Part shown: positions 1-12,862 of the stretch, piece by piece
Layout of the letters: every line of letters begins with the position of its first letter
Numbering within the stretch: position 1 is the first letter of the stretch
Assembly: GCA_000004695.1 (NCBI GenBank)
Contig: CM000150.2
Span: 2,240,001-2,304,000, forward strand
Reading direction: 5' to 3'
Length of the DNA stretch: 64,000 nucleotides
Origin: Dictyostelium discoideum
Taxonomy: Eukaryota
The notes under the pieces: generated by a model
The model's database searches: none
Told to the model about the DNA's origin: nothing
The model's input: only the letters and a program-made list of their open reading frames with translations
Program-made: the position numbers and the translations under genes

Positions 1-3000
1 ACGAAGCAAATGTTTTAGATTATTTAAAAAGAGTAAAAGCAAGTAATTTAGAAAATTTAATGTTTTTCACAAACATAGATTCTTTAGAGGTTTCAATATT
101 ACCAGTGGGAAGTAAAAAATTAGAACAACAAATTTCAATTCATAAAAAATCAAGTTTATCATTAATTACAAACCAATATAATAATTTAATGAATATTCCA
201 ACACAAGTATCAGAATATACATTCACTATTATACCATCAGAGAAATCAAAGATAACTGAAAAATATATTATAGGTCAAGTAATTGAAGAAGATTTCAAAG
301 ATCTATCAGAATATCCAGATAATAAAGCATTGAAATTTTTATCAATCTATAATAATGAAAAAAGAAAACCAGTTGGAGGTGTCGCATTTAAATTACCAGA
401 TTTCTCACTTCCTGAATACAAATTCACACCAAAATCATTTTGTTATTTACCATACAAAGATTTAATTTCAAATATTCCAGTTCACATTCATGCAAACTTT
501 TCAACAACAAGTTCACGTGATATTTTAGAAAATGCCAAATCTTCAAATTTATATAATATTGAAGAGATACTCTCTAAAAAGGTTGATCAAGTAATACAAC
601 AATCAGATAGTTTCCAACTTTTTTGGAATCAATTAATTGTAACTGAAATTATAGCACCACTCTACATTAATACATTAACTCTTTTCAAAAACAAATATAT
701 TAAAGGTAATGATATAGATATAATTTCAAAATATCATGATTTCTATTACTCTCGTTTCCCAGTATTAAGTGATTCGTTGTCAAATCATTCAATTCTAGAA
801 ATGTTAGCAAATAAGTTTTACTCATTAGTAAATTCAGAGAATTCCGATGTATTCATCCATTACCCTGGTGTTGAAGTTTTAAAGAAACCAAAAGATACAT
901 TTTATGCAGAGTTGAGTTTCTTCTTATCAAATGCATATTCAGATTCAATTTTAAAGTGTATTAGTCACATTGGTTTCAATGTTAATGTTTGTCCATTTAA
1001 AATTTATTTTAGTTTTAAGTCACCAGATAACTGGTTAACAGAAGAAACAATATCAAATGCCTTGAAAGGAGAGAATTTAAATCCTCGAGTAATAAATACT
1101 CAAGATATTGCAAATATAATATTATATTTCTCAAAAATGCCAGAATATCTAGATAACTGCCAAGTATTGATTTTCAATGATAAAACAAGGGGTTTTGTTA
1201 ATATTGAAAACAAAATAATAAACCAACTATATAACCAAACTCATTTTGAAATGACTCAAGATGTTTTAAATTTAAAATTCATTGACAGTGAACTTACCAA
1301 TATTATCAAAATGTGTAAAAATCCTCTCATTTTGAATTCACTTAAAACGATTAACATCTTTGATTTCAACTATGTATGTATTCATATATCATATTAACAC
1401 TTTAATTTTAATATTAATTTTTTTTTTTTTTTACAAAACTAGGTTGATTTTTATTTCCACTATCTCTTACCAAATTTCAATATATTATCAGCTGAAAAAA
1501 ATATCTCATTTTTAAACAAATTATTGGAATACTTTACATTTGAAAAGAACTATGATTTTAAATCAATAGACCATCTTCTAATATCTAAAGATAGAATAAA
1601 AATACTAAAAGGTTCAAAAGTTTTTCCTTTTGTTAAAAATGGTATTCAAGAGTTTACTTTAATTTCAAAATTATTCAATCCAACATTTAAACAACATGAT
1701 TTCATATTAGATTATCCAGATTTAGATCATTCAAAAGAAAATATCAAAATTTTTAGATATTTAGGTATCAGAGATATATTAAAGAAAAATGATATTGTAA
1801 ATCAATTCAAAAAGATATCGTCAGAAGTTTATAGTGGAAACACACCTTTGGAAACCTTAATTGAAAGAGCACGTCTATTATGGAAATCAGAAAAATGTGT
1901 CAAAGTATTTAATGAATTGATAGAATTAAATATTGTACCAGTCAAAGAAAGTAATATCACTGGTAGTAGAAAAATATCATTAGGATTGATGCCAATTACC
2001 CAAGTATGCCACCATCTCTATGAAGATCTATATTTTTCAGTAAAACTACTTCAAGATGTAGATATTAAATACCCACCAGGATATGGTCACATTGACTGTG
2101 AAAAAATATTTGAAAATTTCGTTAATCTTCTTACAAACATCATAGATTGGAAAGAAGTAAAAGTAAATGGTAGTTTAGTAATAGACCCCAAAATCATACA
2201 AATGCTAATATCAATGTGTGGTCATTTAGAAAACTATACTGGTAATTTCTCATCAGAACTTGTAGAAAGAATTCAACGTATCCCAGTATTAAACTCTACA
2301 ATATCTATTGAATTTACAAATATAGTCATGGGAACTGATGCAAATAATTTGAAACCATTTTTCAATATTTTACCTTCAAATTTTTCAACTTTTAGAAATT
2401 TTTTCAGTAAAATTGGTGTAATAGAATTAAATCTAAACACAATTGTAATGGGATTAAATAGATTTTTACATGATGAGATTGATACTGCCGAAGGAATTAG
2501 ATCGTTAAACTATCTCTATGAATTATTATTTAGTTTTGGTAGTGAATTGGAAACATTTAAAGATGAACACCCAACATTACCAGTTTTCACTAAAAAAAGA
2601 TTTATAAAACCATCCAATCAAGTTTATTCATTCTCTGGTGTACCCACCGCAAGAATTTATACTGAATCATTTTATGAAATCCATGATTCAATTAGAGATA
2701 ATTATAAACAATTGGGTGTTTTAGAATTATCTTCAATATTAAGAGAAGAACTAGACAATGAACTCACCAACCTTGAAAATGAAGATTTGGAGGATTCAAT
2801 TGGAAAATTTTTAAATACCTTTATTAAGGAAAATCAACAATTTATTTCAAGAGTTAATCATCTACAGTTGAGTCAAATCTTGAAAATTACAGTTAAATCA
2901 GGAGACATTAGAACCAAATTCATTTTAAATGGACAAGATATCACTAAAAACTCAAAAACCAAATGTTTTTATGATCAACCAAATTCAACTCTTTATTTAG

Positions 3001-3566
3001 AAAAAGGTATTTCTAAAAGTGAAGCATTCAATTACCTATTTAATTCCACTGGTTTGAATGTAAACTCTTCAATTGTATCAAATCTAGAAAGAGAGTTTGT
3101 AAATGATGAACCAATTGTCGATCCAGTTGATAATTTCTTGGCTCAAACTAATCAAAATGTGGTTGTTAATTCTATTGATGACAACCATACAACTTTAATC
3201 CAAAAAATTCATTGTAGACACTACAACACCATTGCACTAAGAAATCGTGAAGCTGCTGAAACTTTATTCTACAATCAATCATTAATTAGACAATCAATTT
3301 ACTTTTACTATGTTTCAACAGATATGCTACTAAGAAGTCTTTTGGTTTTTTATTTTGATAATAATATTCCAGATTCTCTTTCAATTACTCGTATGAGAGA
3401 TGTATTATCCAGAAAATCAACTACAACCATACCACACATTCCAGATCGTTTCAATGATTTCAAAGAAGCCCACTTAAAAACAACAAACATCAATAGTAAT
3501 GATCTAATTGAATTTCGTTCAATTACTTCTCAACTATTAAACATTTCTAATCAAATGATGAATTAA
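1..3566 (+). CDS. Sacsin-like HATPase-repeat protein, upstream tandem paralog. 3' portion only; the 5' end lies outside the window. Exons 1..1373 and 1443..3566.
   Basis: Reading frame is open from nt 3 (EANVLDYLKRVKASNLENLMFF) and is collinear with 8991.. in the complete downstream copy. A GTATGT donor at 1374 and a CTAG acceptor at 1441-1442 join FDFNY|VDFYFHY in phase 0. The track ORF 1524..3566 starts at TTG, not ATG, and its frame is open back to the acceptor, so it is a terminal exon and not a separate gene. Stop TAA at 3564-3566. Confidence 0.7.
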
Positions 3567-4140
3567 TAGAAAATAAATAAATAATATATTAACTTTCTTT
3601 ACGTCAACCAAATTCAATTTATATTTTATACAAATGTATTTTTTATATTTTATATAAAAAAAAAAAAATTATGACCATTAATTATTTTAGAGTTTGTAAT
3701 TCTTTTTATTATCCTATTTTTATAATGAATTTGTTTCTGAATGAAACAATCGGTGATGGATTTAACCATACATTTGATTCAAATAAATTAGAAAATACAA
3801 TAATTAAATAAAAATAAATATATAAAAAAATTGTGTGCTTTTTTATTTTTTTTTTTTTTTTTTTTTTACATTATTGGAAATGAGGCAATAAAACCCCATT
3901 TGAATTAATTTTTTTTTTTTTTTTATTTTTGAGAATCTGGCAATTGAGATTTAACCCCCTTTTTTATTTATAATTTATCTCTTAAAATTTTAAGTGGTAA
4001 ATAATAAAAAAAAAAATTTTTTTTTTATTTTTTTTTTTTTTAATACTAATCATCACCACTTTTTTTTTTCTTTTTTTTTTTATTATTTACCTTAGTATTT
4101 TTATTTATTACATATTTAAATATTATTTTTAAAAGAGATA

Positions 4141-7100
4141 ATGCCCAAAACTAAAGATCAAAGACTCAAAGTATCTCATTCTTTAAGAAATAATCTTCTA
4201 AACTATCCAGTAAGTTCAAATAAATTTAAATTTTTTTTTTAAATTAAATTCTTTTTTTTTTATTTTTTTTACAAACACAAAAATTGTTTTTTTTTTTTTT
4301 TTTTTATGCTGACATGAAAAATATAATGATATTAATAAATTATAAAAAAAATATATGATAGGAATCAAAAATAGTTAGAGAGTTGATTCAAAATGCAGAA
4401 GATGCTCTAGCTGATACATTCATAATAAAGGTTGATGAAGGCTCATATCCAAATAATGGGTTATTAATTTCAAATGATAACCAAGAAATTGAAAGTTCAA
4501 AAGAATTATTAGGTCCATCAATTTTAATTTATAATAATGCAACTTTTCATGAACAGGATTGGGAAGGCATTTGTGAAATTAATCAAGGTAGTAAAAAAGA
4601 AAATTTAAAAAGTGTTGGCAATTTCGGTTTAGGTTTGTACTTTTTATTTTTTAAAAAAAAAAAATATATACATCTTATTCTAATTTTATTAATTCTTAAA
4701 ATAGGTTGGAACAGTGTTTATCATATAACAGATAATCCAATTGTTTATAGTGGTAATAATGTTTGGTTTGCAGATCCAAATGAAAGAATTGGTGGTGGTT
4801 TATTCTTTGATTTGGACGATGAAGATGATTATAACAAATGTTTTAGTTTTTTAGAGCCATTCATTCAATTCAAAGAATCAAATTGTAACCCAAAAGAATA
4901 TTTTAATGGTACAATCATTCGTCTACCATTGAGAATATATCCAAGTGAAATCAAAAAAGCTGTATTAACAATGGATGCCATAAAGAAAATTTTAAATGAA
5001 TTTTCAAAAGATATCAATGAAATATTGATTTTCTTAAAGAGTTTAGCATCAATTACCATCATTGTTAATAATCAGATAGTCAACTCTGTAAAAATAAAAA
5101 ATTATTCCAAAATTAAAGATCAAAGAGAAAAGGTATCTTTATTCTTATCAAAAATTGTAGATAATGAAATGAACAATCCAAGTAGTGCTGTAGAATTAGC
5201 TGAAATTTTATGCAGTAATAAATCACAATCAAATTGTGAATCTACATTTCAAATTGATTTAGAAATTTATAGAAATGGTGTCAGTCAATTAATTTCATAC
5301 TTGGTTTCGCAAGGTATCTATATTGATAGGAAATTAATTGAATTAGTTAAAAAGAATAAAGAAATCAAACTCATATCATATGGTGGTGTAGCAGTTCCAA
5401 TCAGTTTAGATAGTTCAATAAATTTCAAAGGTAAACCATTTACATTTTTACCAATTGGAGCATTAGTTTATGATATTCCTTTACATGTCAATGGTTACTT
5501 TAGATTAAGTAATGCAAGAGATAATATCATTTATTCGTTAACTGAAGTTGAAGAAGCATCTGAATCATTATCAAAACAATGGAATAAGTTTATATCAGAA
5601 ACTATTATTCCTTATTTCTATGTTAAATCGTTGGAATATTTAAAATCAAATTATCTTGTCAAACTATACAATTATTTCCCATACAAATGTAACAATGAAA
5701 ATTATCAAGGTCAAAGCCCAGCATATGATATATCAATCACTACAATGAAATCAATTATCGGTGGTAAATACTTTTTAAATTACTTCAATTCCCATGAATA
5801 TTTACCATTGATAGGTAGTTTAATCATTTCAAGTTCAGATATACCACCAGATTTCGTTTTAACCATCATTCGTGAACGTAACATTAAAACAATCTTTTTA
5901 TCAAATGAATTATTAAACCATTTTAATAATTTAAGAATTTCTTTACTTTGTTATTCTAAACAATATTTATGTAGTCTATTAGTTTCATCACCATTAAAAC
6001 AATACTCTGAAGATGTTATCAATTACATTTGTTGCACTGAAATCATTGAAGGTGGTCATTTAAATATGGTCAATATTTTACCAACAAATTCAAATAATAT
6101 TACATTAGATTGTTTAAAATCAACTCAAACACTCCCATATTTCCCATGCCAAAATTACCATAGTAATTTCGGCAGCCATATTAATTTTGGCATGGGACAC
6201 TCATATATAAATATAAATCAATTCCTTTACATGAGTGATCAAGTCTATGATCTCTTATTCAGGTACCATGGCCAAAGCTTGACCTTCCATTTAAAAATAT
6301 CAACAATGCCACCAAACTTTAGAAAATTTATTTCAGCAATTTGTAGAAAATATTGGAATATTGGAGAAATTAAACTTTCAAATTTTCTCACTAGTCTCAA
6401 ATCTTTAAGCAACAAATTTTTAAAAGAACATATAATAACAGTTTGGGGTTGTATCGATGAATTAGGCATAAATGAAACTTTAGAATTATCAAAAATTAGA
6501 TCCATACCTATTGTTCCATATAGATCGAGTCCAACTCAGACTGATGTCACTAGTTATGATAAATCTTCATTGTTAATGTACAGATCAAAACTCTTGCCAA
6601 TTGAACCAATATTAAACAAATTAAATATATATATAATAGAGGAAGAACATCAATTCAATAATTTATTACATGCAACGGCTTATATTTCAAAATTGTTAAA
6701 TTATCTTAAAAATGTAGATTTATCATTAGATTCAGATGAAATTGATAAATTAAGAATTTTTTTAGTCGAATCGATTCACCAAGCCTCTATTGCCGATATT
6801 TCAATTTTTTATAATTTACCAATTCACCCATGCATTGGAAACAGTGATCAAAAGTTTAGTAGTATAACTAATAATAGCATATGTGTGGATTATGAAAAAA
6901 TTGATCAATATGAAATTAAAGGATTGAAATTAATAAAGGTTAATGAATTATCAAAATATAAAAGAATTGTCGACTATATACCAACAAAACAAATTTTAAT
7001 AGGAGAAAAACAGGTTTATAGGTATTATTTAATTCAAAATATTAGTTCCTTTGAATTAAATGTTTCAATTGAAATTATTACAGAATTTTTAACTCTTTAT

Positions 7101-10100
7101 GGTAATCATTATATCAATGATGGTGCATTAAGAAAATTTAAATTTATTCCATCTGAAAATGATGTTTATTCAACTCCTGATTCATTTTATGTTTTAAGTC
7201 AACTCGAAAGGGATTTAATAAGAAATTTCGAACCATCTAAAATTTTAAATCAATCTTTGGATGGTTTAACTGGTTATTTATCTAAATTTGGCTTAAAATT
7301 TAAACCATCAGATAAACATATATGTTCAAAGGTTATTGATTTTCTTTCAAATCAAGATTCAATAGAAACCTATCAAACTTTTATGGATTATTTAAATCAA
7401 AGAGGTGAGAATATTGGTGATTCATTAATTGATTCTTTCAAAGATATCCCATTTATTCCATCCAGTGAATTCGATACCTATGATGGATTTGGCTCAAATG
7501 AATCTAAAATTTCTTTATCAGAGTGTGCATTATCAAGTTATAAAGATTGTTTATTCACTGTAAAAACTCCAATTAAAGTAATCAAAAATTACAAAAACCC
7601 CATTAACAAATACCTATCATCAAATTTAAATGATAACATTATTCAGCATTTGATTAATTTAAATTCTATGGAATTCAATGATGAAACATCATTCGATCCA
7701 AATATAATTTTCAACAATACCTATAAAAGAATTGATGATTTAATTAAAACTTCCAAACTAAATGATGAACAAAAAAAGAAAATCTCTCAAATTCAATTAA
7801 TTTGGTTAGATGGCCAATTAGTACCAAAAGAAAAAATATTTTATAATAGTCCAAACCCAAATTTAGATTTTAAACCTTACTTTTTTATCACCAAACCTAC
7901 ACAAGAACATCTCTTTAAATTTTTAAAATTAAAAGAAATACCAGATTTAAATGATTTCATTAGATTAATCAAATCTATTCAAGATACATATGATAAAGAG
8001 AGCTCAAATTCAATAGATTTATTTGAATTGGTTATTTATTCTCTCCAAAACCCTGCATTCAATAAAGAATTACTTATTGATTCAAAAATAAAATTACCAA
8101 CCACTGATAATCAATTTGTTGAATTTGAAAAAGTAATTTACATTGATCATTCATGTTTACCTCAAGAATTCATTGATTTAGGACACAGTGCATTACATAA
8201 TAAAATTTCTGAAAACACTGCATCAAAACTCAGTATTACAAAACTTTCTCAATTGATTCAAAGTCAAGTAGCATTTGAGAATTCATTTGGACAAAAAGAA
8301 GAATTAGTCGATCGTTTGAAACAAATTTTACGTGATTATAAAGTAGAAGTATTTTTAAACGAAATGGTTCAAGTATGTATTATCTTTCAAATTATTGATT
8401 TAATCATTACTCTTTTTTTTTTGAAATTGTACTAATTTTTTTTATTTTTTTTTAGAATGCTCATGATGCTGGATCAACAGAAGTAAAATTAATTTTAGAT
8501 TGTAATTCTTTAAAACAACAATTTTTAAAAGAAAATCCAGAGATAAGTACACTATGTAAAGATCTTCCATCATACTTTGAAAGTTCTTTACTTTTTTATA
8601 ATAATTCAGTTTTTACAGAAAAAGATATTAAAAATGTTCAAGTAATGTCAGCATCAATTAAAAAACAAGATGAAAATTCTATTGGTCAACATGGTTTAGG
8701 TATTAATTCTATGTATTCATTCAGTGATTGTCCATGTATATTAAGTGGTGAATATTTGATGATTTTCGATCCATTCGTAACACATATCGGTCAATCAATA
8801 AACTATTCACATGGTGCTAAATATAAAATTTCAGAATACAAAACATTTTTAAAATACTTTAAACCATTTCAACATTTACAATCAATTTTAGGTTTTGATT
8901 TAGATGATGGTAAATTTAATGGAACAATCATTCGTTTACCACTTCGTAAAACATTAAATGATGATCGTTTTATTAGTCCACAGAAATGGAACGAAGTAAA
9001 TGTTTTAGATTATTTAAAAAGAGTAAAAGCAAGTAATTTAGAAAATTTAATGTTTTTCACCAACATAGATTCTTTAGAGGTTTCAATATTACCAGTGGGA
9101 AGTAAAAAATTAGAACAACAAATTTCAATTCATAAAGAATCAAGTTTATCATTAATTACAAACCAATATAATAATTTAATGAATATTCCAACACAAGCAT
9201 CAGAATATACATTCACTATTATTCCATCAGAGAAATCAAAGATAACTGAAAAATATATTATAGGTCAAGTAATTGAAGAAGATTTCAAAGATCTATCAGA
9301 ATATCCAGATAATAAAGCATTGAAATTTTTATCAATCTATAATAATGAAAAAAGAAAACCAGTTGGAGGTGTCGCATTTAAATTAATAGATTTCTCACTT
9401 CCTGAATACAATTTCACACCAAAATCATTTTGTTTCTTGCCATATAAAGATTTAATTTCAAATATTCCAGTTCACATTCATGCAAACTTTTCAACAACAA
9501 GTTCACGTGATATTTTAGAAAATGTCAAATCTTCAAATTTATATAATATTGAAGAGATACTCTCTAAAAAGGATAATCAAGTAATACAAACAGATAGTTT
9601 ACAACTTTGTTGGAATCAATTAATTGTAACTGAAATTATAGCACCACTCTACATTAATACATTAACTCTTTTCAAAAACAAATATATTAAAGGTAATGAT
9701 ATAGATATAATTTCAAAATATCATGATTTCTATTACTCTCGTTTCCCAGTATTAAGTGATTCGTTGTCAAATCATTCAATTCTCGAAATGTTAGCAAATA
9801 AGTTTTACTCATTATTAGATTCAGATGTATTCATCCATTACCCTGGGGTTGAAATTAAAAAGAATCATAAAGATACATTTTATGCAGAGTTGAGTTTTTT
9901 ATCAAATTCTTGTTCAGTTTCAATACTAAAGTGTATTAGTCACATTGGTTTCAATGTTAAGGTTATTCCGTTTAAAATTTTTTTTAGTTTTAAGTCACTA
10001 CCAAACTGGTTAACAGAATATACAATATCAATGGCCTTGAAAGGAGAGGATTTAAATCCTCAAGTAATAAATACTCAAGATATTGCAAATTTAATATTAT

Positions 10101-12535
10101 ATCTCTCAAAAATGCCAGAATATCTAGATAACTGCCAAGTATTGATTTTCAATGATAAAACAAGGGATTTTCTAAATATTGAAAACAAAATAATAAACCA
10201 ACTATATAACCAAACTCATTATGAAATGACTCAAGATGTTTTAGATTTAAAATTCATTGATAGAGAACTTACCGATATTATCAAAATGCTTTTAGATCCT
10301 CTCATTTTGGATTCACTTAAAACGATTAACATCTTTGATTTCAACTATGTATGTATTCATATATCATATTAATATTTTTTTAATTATACATTAACATTTT
10401 TTTTACAAAACTAGGTTGATTTTTATTTCCACTATCTCTTACCAAATTTCAATATATTATCAGCTGAAAAAAATATTTCATTTTTAAACAAATTATTGGA
10501 ATGCTTTACATTTGAAAAGAACTCTGATTTTAAATCAATCAACCATCCTCTAATATCTAAAGAAAGAATTAAAATACTAAAAGGTTCAAAAGTTTTTCCT
10601 TTTGTTAAAAACGGTATTCGAGAGTTTACTTTAATTTCAAAATTATTCAATCCAACATTTAAACAACATGATTTCATATTAGATTATCCAGATTTATATC
10701 ATTCAAAAGAAAATATTGAAATATTTAGATATTTAGGTATCAGAGATAAATTAAAGAAAAACGATATTGTAAATCAATTCAAAAAGATCTCATCAGAAGT
10801 TTATAGTGAAAATACACCTTTGAGCATTTTAATTGAAAGAGCACGTCTATTATGGAAATCAGAAAAATGTGTCAAAGTATTTAATGAATTGTTAGAATTA
10901 AATATTGTACCAGTCAAAGAAAGTAATATCATTGGCAGTAGAAAAATATCATTAGGATTGATGCCAACTACCGAAGTATGCCAACATCGCTATGAAGATC
11001 TTTATTTTTCAGTAAAACTACTTCAAGATGTAGATATTAAATACCCACCAGGATATAATCAAATTGATTGTGAAAAAATATTTGAAAATTTCGTTAATCT
11101 TCTTACAAACATCAGAGATTGGAAATTGATTCAAGTAAATGGTAATTTAGTTACAGACCCCAAAATCATACAAATGTTAATATCGATGTGTAGTCATTTG
11201 GAAAACTATACAGGAAATTTCTCATCAGAACTTGTAGAAAGAATTCAACGTATCCCAGTATTAAACTCTACAATATCTATTGAATTTACAAATATAGTCA
11301 TGGGAACTGATGCAAATAATTTGAAACCATTTTTCAATATTTTACCTCCAAATTTTTCAACTTTTAGACATTTTTTCAGTAAAATTGGTGTAATAGAATT
11401 AAATCTAAACACAATTGTAATGGGATTAAATAGATTTTTACATGATGAGATTAATACTACCGAAGGAATTAGATCGTTAAACTATCTTTATGAATTATTA
11501 TTTAGTTTTGGTAGAGAATTGGAAACATTTAAAAATGAACACTCACCATTACCAGTTTTCACTAAAAAAGGATTTATAAAACCATCGAATCAAGTTTATT
11601 TATTCGATGGTGTACCCATTAAAAGAATTAATACTACATCGTTTTATGAAATCCATGATTCAATTAGAGATAATTATGAACAATTGGGTGTTTTACAATT
11701 ATCTTCAGTTTTAAGAGAAGAATTAGACAATGAACTCACCAACCTTGAAAATGAAGATTTGGAGAATTCAATTGGAAAGTTTTTAAATACCCTTATCAAA
11801 GAAAATCAAGAATTTATTTCAAGAGTAAATCATCTTCAGTTAAGCGGAATCTTGAATATTACAGTTAAAACAGGATATATTAGAACTAAATTCATTTTTA
11901 ATCGAAAAGATATCACTAAAACCTCAAAAACCAAATGCTTTTATGATCATTTAAATTCAACTCTTTATATAGGCATAGAAAAAGGTATTACCATAAGTAA
12001 AGCATTCAAATACCTATTTAACTCCACTGGTTTGAATGTAAACCCCTCAATGGTATCAAATCTAAAAAGAGAGTTTGTTAATGATGAACCAACTGATGAT
12101 AATTTATTCTTGACTCTAAACGTTGTTAATTTTGTTGATGTTAACCAAACAAAAATCCAAAAAAATCAATGTAGACACTACAACACCATTGCATTAAGAA
12201 ATTTTCAACTTGCTGATACTTTACTCAACAATCAATCATTTATAAGAGAAGCCTCATACCATTACTATGTTTCAACAGAAATGTCAATGAGAAGTCTTTT
12301 GGTTTTTAATTATAATGATATCCCCTATGCTTTTTCAATTACTCGTTTAAGAGGTTTATTATCTAGAATAAGTATTACAACTGAAACCATACCACAGATT
12401 CCAGATCTTTACAATAATTACAGACACACTCATTTAAAAAATGAAGAAATCAATCGTAGGGAACTATTAAGATTTCGTTCAATTTCAAATCAATTATTAA
12501 ACATCTCTAATCAAAAACTAAATGAAAATATATAA
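4141..12535 (+). CDS. Sacsin-like protein with at least 2 HATPase_c-type sacsin repeat regions, about 2670 aa. Exons 4141..4209, 4362..4632, 4705..8372, 8456..10348, 10415..12535.
   Basis: Exon 1+2 gives [38 protein letters not shown], which matches the sacsin N-terminus pattern (..L..[20 protein letters not shown]). Across intron 2 the frame reads GNFGLG|WNSVYHITD, which matches sacsin GRFGIGFNSVYHITD. Exon 4 opens a second repeat (NAHDAGSTEVKL..GQHGLGINSMYSF). Donors are GTAAGT (4210), GTTTGT (4633), GTATGT (8373) and GTATGT (10349). All exon phases are consistent, and the total of 8022 nt is divisible by 3. The GTIIRLPLR motif recurs in exons 3 and 4, showing internal repeats. Confidence 0.75.
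8991..12535. repeat. Downstream copy of a tandem segmental duplication; the upstream copy is 1..3566. The unit offset is about 8.97-8.99 kb.
   Basis: Direct comparison shows 1..60 matches 8991..9050 almost exactly. 1397 corresponds to 10372, 1524 to 10496 and 3566 to 12535. By eye, the encoded proteins are roughly 90 percent identical, with in-frame indels. Divergence is greater toward the C-terminus. Confidence 0.85.
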
Positions 12536-12669
12536 ATAATAATAAAAATAATAATTTAATTTTTAAATTTAATAAATGTGTATTTATTTATTTTTTTTTT
12601 TTTATTATTATTTTTTTTTTTTTTTTTGAAAAAATAATAGGAATAAAATATAAACTACCTATATAAATT

Positions 12670-12710
12670 TTTATTATATTTTATTATATTTTATTATATT
12701 TTATTTTATT

Positions 12711-12753
<43 letters not shown>

Positions 12754-12814
12754 TTGTATTTATTGTATTTATTGTATTTATTGTATTTATTGTATTTATT
12801 GTATTTATTGTATT

Positions 12815-12848
<34 letters not shown>
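12670..12848. repeat. Composite minisatellite: (TTTTATTATA)3, (TTTA)n, (TTTATTGTA)7, then a poly-T run.
   Basis: Read directly from the sequence. It lies in the 327-bp convergent intergenic spacer between the sacsin-like gene (stop 12535) and the GT13 gene (stop 12863). Confidence 0.9.
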
Positions 12849-12851
<3 letters not shown>

Positions 12852-12862
12852 CCAAAGTTTTA

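Noticed and set aside
1524-3566. Stand-alone 680-aa gene (and its paralog 10496..12535) as listed in the ORF track
   Set aside because: Both begin with TTG, not ATG, and have no in-frame ATG near the start. Their frame is open back to a CTAG acceptor that pairs in phase with a GTATGT donor ending the upstream sacsin-like exon. They are treated as terminal exons.
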